A stretch of 64,000 nucleotides of DNA from Octopus bimaculoides. Taxonomy: Eukaryota. Shown piece after piece: positions 1 to 12,029 of the stretch; within the stretch, counting starts at the first letter, position 1; each line of letters opens with the position of its first letter. A program made the translations under genes and the position numbers. The notes below the pieces were generated by a model, which made no database searches, was not told the origin of the DNA, and saw nothing but the letters and a program-made list of their open reading frames with translations. The stretch spans positions 47,514,640-47,578,639 of the forward strand of contig NC_068989.1 of NCBI RefSeq assembly GCF_001194135.2, read 5' to 3'.

Positions 1-46
1 CGGTTTGTTGAACATGCCAAAAGACTTCGACATGTTCAACATACCG
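1..46. repeat. 16-bp inverted repeat (hairpin)
   Basis: CGGTTTGTTGAACATG (1-16) vs CATGTTCAACATACCG (31-46): 1 mismatch, 14-nt loop. Confidence 0.85.
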
Positions 47-185
47 TGACGCCTAAACCAAACCCCAATCAACCTAAGTAATTTAGTGAAGCCACACACT
101 GATTGGTCAGAATGCAGTTTGCAAAACTTAACATTCTGGAGCTTATACAAATATATTTAAGGTTTCTCACTAAAGTTGAACTTTA

Positions 186-230
186 TGAACCTGAAGATTG
201 CATAGTTTAATGCATGAAAGAACTAGTTCA
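186..230 (+). ncRNA. Candidate minimal type-I hammerhead ribozyme motif
   Basis: Stem I TGAAC(186-190)/GTTCA(226-230); core CTGAAGA(191-197); stem II TGCAT/ATGCA with a U.U closing pair; GAAA(216-219); 2-bp stem III; CUA triplet (223-225). Confidence 0.5.
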
Positions 231-263
231 ATCAGAATGAACATTTCATATTCTTATCATTTC

Positions 264-310
264 ATTATATTATATTATGTTATATTATATTATATTATAT
301 TATATTATTA
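264..310. repeat. (ATATT)n pentanucleotide microsatellite
   Basis: Direct reading. Confidence 0.9.
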
Positions 311-647
311 TAAGACTGTCAGTAAAACTTGAAAATCAAAGTTGGAATTCCTTTGATTAACACACATATATATATATACATATATATATATACATTCGAA
401 GGTCCTGGTTGTGTATATATGTAGGGTATTTCCAGAGAAGCACTCAACCGGAGTTGCGGGCTATCGACACTGTCAGATTCCAGACTAATATCGAAATTCT
501 TCAAACGTACAACAAGTTGGTTTCTCGATCAAAATAATAAGACGAAGTTTCTGTTGAATGACAATTAGACTGTACTGTATGTTGTGGTGGCAAAATGGGT
601 ATTTTTATTAATTAAATTTGGGGAGGTGCTAATAGAACTTATATGGA

Positions 648-694
648 GATAGAGAGAGACAGACAGAGAGACAGAGAGAGAGAGAGAGAGAGTA

Positions 695-737
<43 letters not shown>

Positions 738-738
738 T
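648..738. repeat. (GA)n/(GACA)n compound microsatellite
   Basis: Direct reading. Confidence 0.95.
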
Positions 739-1403
739 AGAGAATCGTTTGTGGTAACGAGTGTGAGGATAATAGATAACAGTACCACATTAACTTACAT
801 ACATTTTCTCTACACGCAGCTAACTGTTCACAAAACAATTTGGTTTGAACTTGTTATCGACAGTAGTATTATTGTCTAACCGCATGTCGGTCTAATACAA
901 GTAACTTAAATGGTAAAATATGTTTTAGCCTTGACGTTCCTTTCGTGATGATCTCAGCATTCCATATTGTGAACTCAAACATATAGTGGTTAATGCGATC
1001 TTAGCATTCTAGAATTTAGAGTGAGATTTGGAGATGTTGCTGCAATTTTGTAAAATACTGACAGCCTGCATAGAGAAGCTTTTACTATTTTCTACTCTCA
1101 ACACCTATTTCCGTCTATAATTATTTACAAAATGTATTCCAATGAGCTGCGCTTAATATTTTATGCATTTCTTAGAGAAATATTTCTCAGTTTTCGCTTA
1201 TAGTAAACGTTCTGCTGTACTTTTGACTATTATTAGTTCATGTATTAGATGTTTACGAAGAGGAATTTGCATCTATGGCACTTTTAGAATGACACTGCAT
1301 TCCAATGTGGTGTGGAGTCGTTAGTGTAACAAGTATGTATCACATTAGACAAGACAATGGTAAGCAACAAAGGAAATGTGGAAAAAAACATGTCACTTTG
1401 AAT

Positions 1404-2150
1404 ATTCTTTTACTCTTTTACTTGTTTCAGTCATTTGACTGCGGCCAAATTGACCCCAGCACTTATCTTTGTAAGCCAAGTACTTATTCTATCGGTCACT
1501 TTTTGCCGAACCGCTAAGTTACGAGGTCGTAAACTCACCAACCTCGGTTGTCAAGCGAAGTTGGGGGGAACAAACACAGACACACAAACATATACACACA
1601 CATACATATATANNNNNNNNNNNNNNNNNNNNNNNNNNNNNNNNNNNNNNNNNNNNNNNNNNNNNNNNNNNNNNNNNNNNNNNNNNNNNNNNNNNNNNNN
1701 NNNNNNNNNNNNNNNNNNNNNNNNNNNNNNNNNNNNNNNNNNNNNNNNNNNNNNNNNNNNNNNNNNNNNNNNNNNNNNNNNNNNNNNNNNNNNNNNNNNN
1801 NNNNNNNNNNNNNNNNNNNNNNNNNNNNNNNNNNNNNNNNNNNNNNNNNNNNNNNNNNNNNNNNNNNNNNNNNNNNATATATATATATATATATACATAT
1901 ATACGACGGGCTACTTTCAGTTTCCGTCTACCAAATCCACTCACAAGGCTTTGGTCGGCCCAAGGCTATAGTAGAAGACACTTGCCCAAGGTGCCACGCA
2001 GTGGGACTGAACCCAGAACCATGTGGTTGGTAAGCAAGCTACTTTATTTCATTAGCGATTTGCCATGAAGGCATTACAAAGAGGGGACGAACAAGTCCCC
2101 TCTTTGTAATGGTAATGCAAGCTACTTACCACACAGCCACTCCTGCGCCT
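1404..2150 (-). mobile_element. SINE family A, near full length, interrupted by a gap and a small insertion
   Basis: tRNA-like head on the minus strand (A-box TGGCTGTGTGGT, B-box-like GGTTCTGGGTTCAGTCC); homologous to copies at 2874, 14881, 27965, 43261 and 45036; gap falls in the internal microsatellite. Confidence 0.85.
2072..2111. repeat. Perfect 17-bp hairpin inside an insertion into SINE A
   Basis: CATTACAAAGAGGGGAC / GTCCCCTCTTTGTAATG with a 6-nt loop; insert bounded by direct repeat GCAAGCTACTT (2034-2044, 2117-2127). Confidence 0.9.
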
Positions 2151-2337
2151 GAGATATTTAAAGTATAAAAAGGAATAGAATTCAGATGGGCGTAGTACAA
2201 AAGATAACGCATTTTTAACATAGCAATAATATTGTATGTATTAAACTTGCACACACGAAAATGTCTATGAGAGCTCGCCCGTGTGAGTAAACATGCATAC
2301 ATATACATATATGCACACAGACTCGCGCGCGCGCACA

Positions 2338-2387
<50 letters not shown>

Positions 2388-2873
2388 NNNNNNNNNNNNN
2401 NNNNNNNNNNNNNNNNNNNNNNNNNNNNNNNNNNNNNNNNNNNNNNNNNNNNNNNNNNNNNNNNNNNNNNNNNNNNNNNNNNNNNNNNNNNNNNNNNNNN
2501 NNNNNNNNNNNNNNNNNNNNNNNNNNNNNNNNNNNNNNNNNNNNNNNNNNNNNNNNNNNNNNNNNNNNNNNNNNNNNNNNNNNNNNNNNNNNNNNNNNNN
2601 NNNNNNNNNNNNNNNNNNNNNNNNNNNNNNNNNNNNNNNNNNNNNNNNNNNNNNNNNNNNNNNNNNNNNNNNNNNNNNNNNNNNNNNNNNNNNNNNNNNN
2701 NNNNNNNNNNNNNNNNNNNNNNNNNNNNNNNNNNNNNNNNNNNNNNNNNNNNNNNNNNNNNNNNNNNNNNNNNNNNNNNNNNNNNNNNNNNNNNNNNNNN
2801 NNNNNNNNNNNNNNNNNNNNNNNNNNNNNNNNNNNNNNNNNNNNNNNNNNNNNNNNNNNNNNNNNNNNNNNNN

Positions 2874-3029
2874 TTGAGTAGTAAGAAGTTTACTTCTCAA
2901 CTCAAATGGTTCCGGCTTTAGTCCCACTGCGTGGCACCTTCGGCAGGTGTCTTCTACTATATCCTCAGGCCAGCCAAAGCTTTGTGAGTGGATTTGGCAA
3001 ACAGAAACTGAAAGAAACCTTTCGTATAT

Positions 3030-3069
<40 letters not shown>

Positions 3070-3290
3070 GTATGTATTTGTGTGTCTGTGCTTGTTCCCC
3101 CAGCATCGTTTGACAACCGATGTTGGTGTGTTTACGTCCGCGTAACTTAGCTGTTCAATAAAAGATACCGATAGAACAATTACTAGGCTTACAAATAATA
3201 AGTCCTGTGGTCGATTTGTTCGACGAAAGGCGGTGCTCCAGCATGACCGCTGTCAAATGACTGAAGCAAACAAAAGAATAAAAAGAAACG
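2874..3290 (+). mobile_element. SINE family A
   Basis: Head GGTTCCGGCTTTAGTCCCACTGCGTGGCACC, internal (TA)n, 3' tail GGCGGTGCTCCAGCATGACCGC...TGACTGAA plus AAAAGAATAAAAAG. Confidence 0.85.
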
Positions 3291-3918
3291 TATAGAAATA
3301 TTTGTTCTTGCTGAACGTTTGAATATTTGTGATGACCTAAAATTTTACAGCTTAAGTTGATATGTGTGGTTATATTATTTAACTCCTGCACTGAAGCCTC
3401 CCAAGTTCCGCCGGTTCGCTACTATTAATTTACTTCTTAGTACATTTCCATGTTCGTAATTATTTCTCGATGATACATATACGGTGACTGCTTCGTTCTT
3501 TCCTTCGCTTATGGCTGATTTATATAACAATCGCTCGTGACGTCAAATATTGCTGTAATATATTGAGTAGCTAAGCATGTGTCTGTTGTCAGCTTATACA
3601 AATAAGTTGTTGAATAGTAACTGAAATATTTAGTTGCTCTGCCTGGTAACGTATGGCAAATTTTCTATATTTCTCTTCATGGTATGCATTTGAAGTTAAT
3701 TCTTTTGAATTTTAAAATTTAGATAAACTACCGATCTGCCGAGTCGATGCACGCACTAAATGATTAAATGTCGCATTTTGATTTAGTAAAATTATCCTGT
3801 TCGTATACCTATGATCTACAACTCTCTCTATCTCTCTCTCTTTCTCTCTCTTTCTCACACACACACATACACACGCGCGCGCACACAACATACACACACA
3901 TATAAATGTATATACATA

Positions 3919-4121
3919 TAAGAGGGGGTGCTGAAAAGTTCCAGGCTTCAAGGTTATCGTGAAAGTCCTGGTTGGACGCCCAAAATTCCGTGTTCTTTTA
4001 TAGGGCTTAGAAAATCTAAAGGACCGCTGCAATAAGTGTGTGAAACTGAGAGAGCAATATGTTAAATAAAACCATAATTAGCTGATCGTCCTGCATTTTA
4101 ATTTTAGCCCCCAACTTCGTA
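3919..4121 (+). mobile_element. Mariner-derived non-autonomous element
   Basis: Left end TA-AGAGGGGGTGCTGAAAAGTTCC, degenerate right end TTTTAGCCCCCAACTTCG-TA; interior reads GLENLKDRCNKCVKLREQYVK*, like the mariner transposase C-terminus. Confidence 0.7.
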
Positions 4122-4721
4122 TTAATGTACTTATGTGTGAACGCGTGTACATATATATTTGAGTGTGCATGTGTTGTGCGTGTTTGTGTGCGTTTGTGTG
4201 TGTGTGTCTTTTGACTGTGTGTGTGGGAGGGAGGTTGTGTGTGTGTGTGTGCGTGTGTCTTTGCATAACAGTTGGACAGGTTACGATGGGCCCACTTAGC
4301 TGATTTCAAGTATTATAGCGTGTTGAAAACGGGAAAACTTATGCATCATGTTGATATCAATAAGTTGCTATGTGATAGTAGTTTGTCGAACCGATAGGTG
4401 TAGACACAGATATTACCTGATGTCACAAGCCAGAGGTTGTTGGTGCTTCACATCGTCATATCACAGGGCTAGAAGCTACGTCTCCCAATACCTTGTATAA
4501 ATGAACCCAAACAAGTTTTTGTTTTGTTTTTGCAAATTAGATGCTGATTTAAGTGAAGAATATTTTGCAATAACCCATCAACGAGGTTTTAATAAAAGGA
4601 AAACATGTTTTACAAAAATGTATATAGGTTTTATAAAGACAGACAAACCTCGGGAAACTTCCACATTTCGATTTTTCATACCAAAGTAAAACAATATCCC
4701 GAGCGAGACAATAGATTAAAA

Positions 4722-4937
4722 TATTCATTTCAAATTTTGGCACAAGCACAAGGCCAGCAATTTCGTGGGAGATGTAAGTCGATTCCATCGACTCCAGTAC
4801 TCATCAGATATTTATTTTATCGACAGTGAAAGGATGAAATACAATGTCAACCACGGTGGCATTTGAATTCAGAACGTAAAGACAGACGAAATATTCTTTT
4901 TTACACTAGGCACAACGATTCTTCCAACTCGCTGCCA
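4722..4937 (-). mobile_element. SINE family B
   Basis: Homologous to 4956-5170, 8667-8866 and 10841-11040; flanked by the 12-bp direct repeat AATAGATTAAAA (4710-4721, 4941-4952). Confidence 0.8.
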
Positions 4938-4955
4938 TATAATAGATTAAAAATA

Positions 4956-5170
4956 ATCGTTTCAACTCTAGGCACAAGGCCCCACATTTTGGGGGAGGAG
5001 GCTAGTCGATTTGATGGACCCCAGTACGCAACTGATACTTAATTTATCGACCCCCAAAAAGATGAAAGGCAAGGTCGACGTCGGCGGAATTTGAAATCAG
5101 AACGTAAAGGCAGACGAAATACTGCTCAGCTTTTCGCCCGGCGTGCCAACGATTCTTCCAACTCGCCGCC
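4956..5170 (-). mobile_element. SINE family B (tandem with the previous copy)
   Basis: Core TTTATCGACCCCCAAAAAGATGAAAGGCAAGGTCGAC; minus-strand head TGGCGGCGAGTTGGAAGAATCGTT. Confidence 0.85.
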
Positions 5171-7303
5171 ATATAATTGATAAAAATATTACGTACAGAA
5201 AATAGATACCAGTTGTTTTGAATTGTTCTTTATATTAAAATCTTTGCAAAAGTGTTTACATTATTGTTTTTTTGAATAAATTTTGTTGGAAAAAAGCCGC
5301 AATAATTATGCACCAACCNNNNNNNNNNNNNNNNNNNNNNNNNNNNNNNNNNNNNNNNNNNNNNNNNNNNNNNNNNNNNNNNNNNNNNNNNNNNNNNNNN
5401 NNNNNNNNNNNNNNNNNNNNNNNNNNNNNNNNNNNNNNNNNNNNNNNNNNNNNNNNNNNNNNNNNNNNNNNNNNNNNNNNNNNNNNNNNNNNNNNNNNNN
5501 NNNNNNNNNNNNNNNNNNNNNNNNNNNNNNNNNNNNNNNNNNNNNNNNNNNNNNNNNNNNNNNNNNNNNNNNNNNNNNNNNNNNNNNNNNNNNNNNNNNN
5601 NNNNNNNNNNNNNNNNNNNNNNNNNNNNNNNNNNNNNNNNNNNNNNNNNNNNNNNNNNNNNNNNNNNNNNNNNNNNNNNNNNNNNNNNNNNNNNNNNNNN
5701 NNNNNNNNNNNNNNNNNNNNNNNNNNNNNNNNNNNNNNNNNNNNNNNNNNNNNNNNNNNNNNNNNNNNNNNNNNNNNNNNNNNNNNNNNNNNNNNNNNNN
5801 NNNNNNNNNNNNNNNNNNNNNNNNNNNNNNNNNNNNNNNNNNNNNNNNNNNNNNNNNNNNNNNNNNNNNNNNNNNNNNNNNNNNNNNNNNNNNNNNNNNN
5901 NNNNNNNNNNNNNNNNNNNNNNNNNNNNNNNNNNNNNNNNNNNNNNNNNNNNNNNNNNNNNNNNNNNNNNNNNNNNNNNNNNNNNNNNNNNNNNNNNNNN
6001 NNNNNNNNNNNNNNNNNNNNNNNNNNNNNNNNNNNNNNNNNNNNNNNNNNNNNNNNNNNNNNNNNNNNNNNNNNNNNNNNNNNNNNNNNNNNNNNNNNNN
6101 NNNNNNNNNNNNNNNNNNNNNNNNNNNNNNNNNNNNNNNNNNNNNNNATATATATATATATATATATATATATACGTATATTAGTGTTTATACTAAAATC
6201 AGTAAGAAAAGCCCTATTTTCTGTTTGTCATAAAGTGAATAGGTTTACATTTACTGATAACTGATTCTATTCCAAGGAACGAATTACCTGACAGATCTAA
6301 AACTACTGTATATACAGTTGACAGAGGGTTCATAGTAACAGTTCTTCTGGAAAAAAAAGGAAATAGCCTTCACTCACAGTCAAGAAGGCTCAGAACGTCT
6401 TGCAATAAGAATTTTTATTGAACTCTTGAAAGAAGGTCCAAGAAGATATTGTACGAAGTCTGCGGTAAATATGATTAACGTTAGTGATCGATATGACGAT
6501 TTGACATACGAAAACAACTAGGATTCAGATCAATTTTAGAATAACGTCCGGAGGGATGTATCACCTATTTGGAAATTACTACAGAGATTACCAACAATGT
6601 CTTTTTCATATTTTCTCCTTAAGATTAATACGAAGTATAGAAATAGGTCATAAATTGTTTATATTCTTGGCCTGTATGTATTATATTGTTAAAATGCCGA
6701 CACGTTTTTAAGACTTATATAAATTTACTTCTGTAAGCAGAACTGTTGTAATTATAAGCAAACATCAAATATGAAAAACATCGTCGTATACACTGAACAT
6801 ACAATAGTCTACGTAATTATAATTTGTCTCGTCTTTAAACATGTTAATCTTTTAATCATTATTCATGTCCACATATTGCTTCCACCTCATCATCTTAATT
6901 TAATTTTTCGCACAAATTACAAAGAAATAAATTAGATTTTAGTTAATCGTGTATTTAAAATTTTCACGTTTGTATTTCGTAGATTGTGTTGAACGTTCTT
7001 TTGCAAAGAGACCCTACCGTCTAAATGGCGCCCATCTTTATAGCATTTCTTGCCATTAAAACATAATTGTGCTAAATGGCCAACGGGTTTAATACTAAAA
7101 CTGTTCAGAATTGCAATGTCTCCAGCCGGAAATTAGATCTAGTTCCCACATTAGACTGCTGCGATTTGAAATACGCGTTTGCAGGCATCAAGCATATTTA
7201 TGTATGTATCTATGTACGTATGTAGGTATGTGTGCATATATGTATGTATACATGCATACACGCACACGCACACACACACACACGTGCACACACACACACA
7301 CAT

Positions 7304-7440
<137 letters not shown>

Positions 7441-8180
7441 GATATATAAGGGTAAGATCCAGGTATCCAAGTGTAGTAAGTTTGTAAACTTCAGGCAGTG
7501 TGTGGCAGATATAGAAAATAAAAAGTAGACAGTATACGATCAGGAACAATAGCAATTCATTTGCATCGATGGGTACACTCTATTTTTCCATATCGAAGTT
7601 ACGAGGAAATTCGATAAGCTGAAATTTATGGTAAGGCTCACTGTCAGCAATTAAAGCTGCTAAAAATGCGAATGAATATCCAAACTGAGAGAGTAGAAGG
7701 GGTAAAATGCAGGCTACATAGGTTTCTTAGATAGTTGTTACTCTAATGCAATATTTACTCAACTTAGCTAATCATCAGGCCGAGAATACAATAATTAAAT
7801 TACGGTTACATTGTCGTTTGGAATTTCCAAGTTAAATTATTGCCGCTGGTGTGATTTGAAATAGATCGGTCTGATGACTAACTAAGCACCCACGCTGATG
7901 TGGCTTCAAGTGATTGGAAGAAAAGGAAAAAAAGTCCTATATAGAAGCAGGAAAATCTTGTTAGCCGTTATGGGTGTTAATCCTGTCCTAACAGCGGCAT
8001 CTGTGAGTCTTACAGATCTGGAGGTCAAGCCCCAGATAAACACCGATGCGTGAGTCGAGGGCGAATACACGACAGAATAGCAATTATTTCGTCTTAGCTT
8101 TCACTGCTTATACTAAACACATGATATTTTTGCCATACGATATGGAACATTTCCTTTTCTTTGACTCTTTTTAAAAAACG

Positions 8181-8223
8181 GTACCTCGTCGGTTACGACG
8201 ACGAGGTTCCTGTTTATCTGATC
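8181..8223 (-). mobile_element. 3'-terminal fragment of SINE family C
   Basis: Reverse complement matches the 3' end of the 40062-40446 copy (GAACCCTCGACGTCGTAAGCGACGG). Confidence 0.6.
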
Positions 8224-8569
8224 TGCCATGTGTTGAGGGGAATTCTTTGGGATTTGAATAATTCACCTTTGGAAACATGGGTGTTTTGCTCAACATCCTT
8301 AAACAAACTTTATTAAGGGACCTTTTGAACGGGATTGGCTACTCGACCTGAAGAAATTTCTAACTGGGCCCCACCTGCGAGGTCATGCGCTGTTTATCTT
8401 GATATGAGATCACCATGTCGCGCACATACGGTTGTGATGCATGTGCATGGTGTACCCTTATCAGACGGGTAGTCATGATGGGTATTTTGGGCTTGTATAT
8501 TTTACCCCAGTGTCACTTTGATGGCATGCACTGCTCTCTCACTCAATAATAATAATAATAATAATAATG

Positions 8570-8641
<72 letters not shown>
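8224..8641 (+). mobile_element. Retroposon 3' end with (AAT)n tail
   Basis: Unique sequence ends CTCTCTCACTC and runs straight into (AAT)n at 8545-8641; the same terminal motif recurs on the minus strand at 11841-11880, also next to (ATT)n. Confidence 0.6.
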
Positions 8642-8644
<3 letters not shown>

Positions 8645-8666
8645 GTAATAGTAAATGCACTGATTC

Positions 8667-8866
8667 AGTACCAAGCAGAAATTTGGTGGGAGAGGGCCAG
8701 TGGATTAGATCGACTCCAGTACGCAACTGGACCTTAATTTATCGATCCCAAAAGGATGAAAGGCAAAGTCGACCTCGGCGGAATTTGAAATCAGAACAAA
8801 GACAGACGAAATACCGCTGAGCATGTCGCCCGGCATGCTAACATTTCTGTCAGCTCGTCACCTTTA
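8667..8866 (-). mobile_element. SINE family B
   Basis: Core TTTATCGATCCCAAAAGGATGAAAGGCAAAGTCGACCTCGGCGGAATTTGAAATCAGAAC. Confidence 0.85.
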
Positions 8867-8877
8867 TTATCATAAGA

Positions 8878-9910
8878 TATTGCAAAGTCTATGGTCGCCT
8901 TTTTCCTCGCCTTTATCATAGCTGGTCTCATTACTTTTGTAGTATGGGCGGTGTCTATGGAAAAATTCTTTAAAATCTATAAGTTATCAAACACCATTGT
9001 AAATTCTGGGTCACATTCATACTACTTTTACATCACGTCGAATTCCCAAAATTCGCTTACGTTTAACGCAATCTGTTACCGATTCAGTTGTTCATTAGCT
9101 TTATAGAGAACTTAGAAATACTATAGCTGAAAAGAAAACGATGTGTTTATACTCTTTTTGTGTTAGCTTTCTGTACTCATTAGGTCATCACCTTTTCCGC
9201 TGATCCTGTACTGGCTCTCTGCTTGAGATTTATCATTCTTTGTCTTTATGAAGTTGTTTCTAATAGGTTGTTCTTTAATGGCTATGAGCAGTTATTCAGT
9301 TTCTTTTTGCCAGATGTAATCAACATTCCTTCCTTCGAATATCCTCGCTTGTTTTGCATAAATTAGCCATGTAATTCCGCTTCTTTCTGACTATTTATTC
9401 TGTCGCTCTTCCTGCATTTCTTGAATTATCTCACTGTTCCAGTGGTTTCTTCGATATTTCTAACAATATAAACTAGTTTTCCCTCACAATGTACAACAAA
9501 GTTTTCGCAAACAAAATAGAAGCAATGAGGTTGTCGTTTGTATTGAGCAAAGCTTTGTTTCTTTCCTTCTTTGCTTCTTATTAGTATTTTCTTACCTCGA
9601 CTTAGTTTACATTTTACATTTAAATTTCGGTAAACAATCCCTTTCGCTCTTCCGTTGAACCACTTTTTTCCAAATATCAGACCATAAGATCCTTGGTGCT
9701 TCAGCATCATTCGCCAGGTGTTTGTTATTGCCCTGCAGTTGTTGATATCAATTATTATTCACCGAGGTTTGCGGTAATATTTTTTTAATCTCTTCTTTCG
9801 AAACCTCTGTGCCAGTTGTTGCGCTGCCTTTGGTGTTCCTTCCTATGTCTATCCGTCATCGTTTTCTTTTCAGCTATAATATTTCTAAGTTCTCTATAAA
9901 GCTAATGAAC
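8878..9910 (-). pseudogene. R4/Dong-type (RLE) non-LTR retrotransposon fragment, internally deleted
   Basis: Minus-strand frames give LWSDIWKKVVQRKSERD, KETE*LLIAIKEQPIRNNFIKTKNDKSQAES, YRKLTQKEYK and K*YECDPE...ILKNFSIDT..MRP. These match R4/Dong motifs; the RT core is missing. Confidence 0.75.
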
Positions 9911-9928
9911 TTGATTTTCAAGTAATTA

Positions 9929-9945
9929 TCCCATCAACATCATGG

Positions 9946-10006
<61 letters not shown>

Positions 10007-10075
10007 TATCATCATCATTATCATCATCATTATCATCATCATCATCATCATCGTCATTGTCATCGTCATCGTCTT
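9929..10075. repeat. (CAT)n microsatellite
   Basis: Direct reading. Confidence 0.95.
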
Positions 10076-10754
10076 CGCGGTCTTAGTCGTCGTCGTCGAC
10101 GTCGCTGTCGTGGTGTAAAATATAGGAATACTGTGTCGAAGTGTCTTATTCACTTATTACATATATTGGTAATTGATAATTTATTCCAAGTCTTGTTATA
10201 ACATCAGTTACGCATCCTATAGCGACTCAGTAACATCTCTTCTATCCTCTTTCACATGGAATAAGAGAAAACATCGTCTGAGAGGTGTCAACAGTCACAG
10301 ACACACACAGAGCTGATTTATATATTTGTTATTTTTTTGTTATATATGTGGTTTTTTTTTTCTTCTTTCAAACTAAAATAGATTGAAGTGAAGATGAGGC
10401 ATGTACCCGCATGTAATGCAGCCAATAAAGTGTAAAGATATCTCGACATGTCAATTTTTCGATATGTAGTTTCTAAAACACATAAACAATACAATAGTGA
10501 TATGCAATAAGCTAAACAAAAACAGAGCAGACACATATAACAGAGACAAACAAAACATTAAAAAAAATGTTCGCCCGAGGCATTTTAGTAAAGTCAAATA
10601 TTGAAAACTACAAATGAAAGATCGATTCTTTTACTTCAGTTTAGCTGAGAGAAATAAAAGAAGACGAACAGACAAAAAAAAAAAACAAAGAACAAAAAAC
10701 AAGAAAAATATGCGATCATTTATTTAATTATCGCTCAAGTTGTTGCTGTTGTTG

Positions 10755-10840
<86 letters not shown>

Positions 10841-10842
<2 letters not shown>

Positions 10843-11040
10843 GGCGGTGAGATGGCAGAACCATTCGCACGCAGGACAGAATTTTTTGTGGTATTTCATC
10901 CATCTATAGGTTCTGAGTTTAGATTCCGCCGATATCTACTTTGCCTTTCATCCTTTCGAAGTCCCTGCTGAACACTGGGGTCAATGTAATCGACTCACAC
11001 CACGCCCCGAAATTGCTGGCCTTGTGCTAAAATTTGAAAG
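10841..11040 (+). mobile_element. SINE family B between (ATT)n and (CAT)n arrays
   Basis: AAGGCGGTGAGATGGCAGAACC head, TTTGCCTTTCATCCTTTCGAAG core, GAAATTGCTGGCCTTGTGCTAAAATTTGAAA tail; (ATT)n at 10762-10840. Confidence 0.85.
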
Positions 11041-11076
<36 letters not shown>

Positions 11077-11786
11077 TGTTTGATGAAAACTCTCAGCTTA
11101 TTTTGTTGTGTACGATTGAACGAATCAGCTGTCTGCATCCATCAGGTTAAGGTGACTCTTGTTCACTGGTCATGCTTCAAGAAACCCGAGAAGAATTTTT
11201 ACAGTTCCAAGCAATGCTGATTTTTGTAGGTGTTCTACCTTTAAATTTGTACCAATCTTTTCGAGCCATATTGGTAGCTGAGTGCTGATACTTCCAAGTG
11301 CGGCAATTACTATTGGTATCACGTCTACTCTCCTCATCGATCACAACACACTTTTTCCCATTTCATATCGTCGTAGTTGTTCAGTTTTTTCTTCTTTCTT
11401 TTTCATCCTGTTTTCACCGGGACATGCTATATCGGTTATCATGCATGTTCTTTCATTCTTCCTCACCACATCAATATCCGGTTTCTGATGTCTGATTTAG
11501 TGATCGCGCTGAATCATTGCCTCCCTCAGGATTTCGCAATCTTCATATTCGGTGACTCCTTCTGCCGTATGCTCATCCCACGTCTTTGCTGTTTCTAGGA
11601 CGTGATTTCCACACAGCTCTTAATGGATCATTCTTGCCACATTGTCATATCGTCTTTTGTATTCGTGGTGCACCAATTTCGGGCATTCACTAACGATGTG
11701 TCATACCATTTCATACCTCTCACCACACATTTATCGCTGTTGGTAGTAGTGTCGATTCTGCACTTCACATAATTAGTCCTTAATGC

Positions 11787-11789
<3 letters not shown>
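11040..11789 (-). pseudogene. 5'-truncated R4/Dong-type LINE 3' end (zinc knuckle plus RLE) with (TGA)n tail
   Basis: QALRTNYVKCRID...HIVSECPKLVHHEYKRRYDNVARMIH...KPDIDVVRKNERTCMITDIACP (PD..D endonuclease motif)...LQKSALLGT; stop near 11170; 5' end abuts (TTA)n at 11790-11836. Confidence 0.85.
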
Positions 11790-11836
<47 letters not shown>

Positions 11837-12029
11837 GCTATTAAATGAGAGAGCAGCGCATGCCACAAATTGACACTAGGCACTAGAAAAATCCAGGAAA
11901 AAATGAAAATTATCATTAATTTTGTACATTTTATACATTTCATGTCATCTGTTTCATGTTTTTGTCCCCACTGTGGTGTTGTGTCTGTCGTTATGTTGTC
12001 CCCTCTGTGTTAGAGCCTAAGTGCTTGTT

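Noticed and set aside
4417-4491. 75-nt minus-strand segment with canonical AG/GT boundaries
   Set aside because: Stop codons in all three frames; no support as a coding exon.
7995-8049. 55-nt plus-strand exon candidate (CTAACAG ... GTGAGT)
   Set aside because: Two frames are open, but there is no recognisable homology and no partner exon; such signals arise by chance. RNA-seq would be needed.
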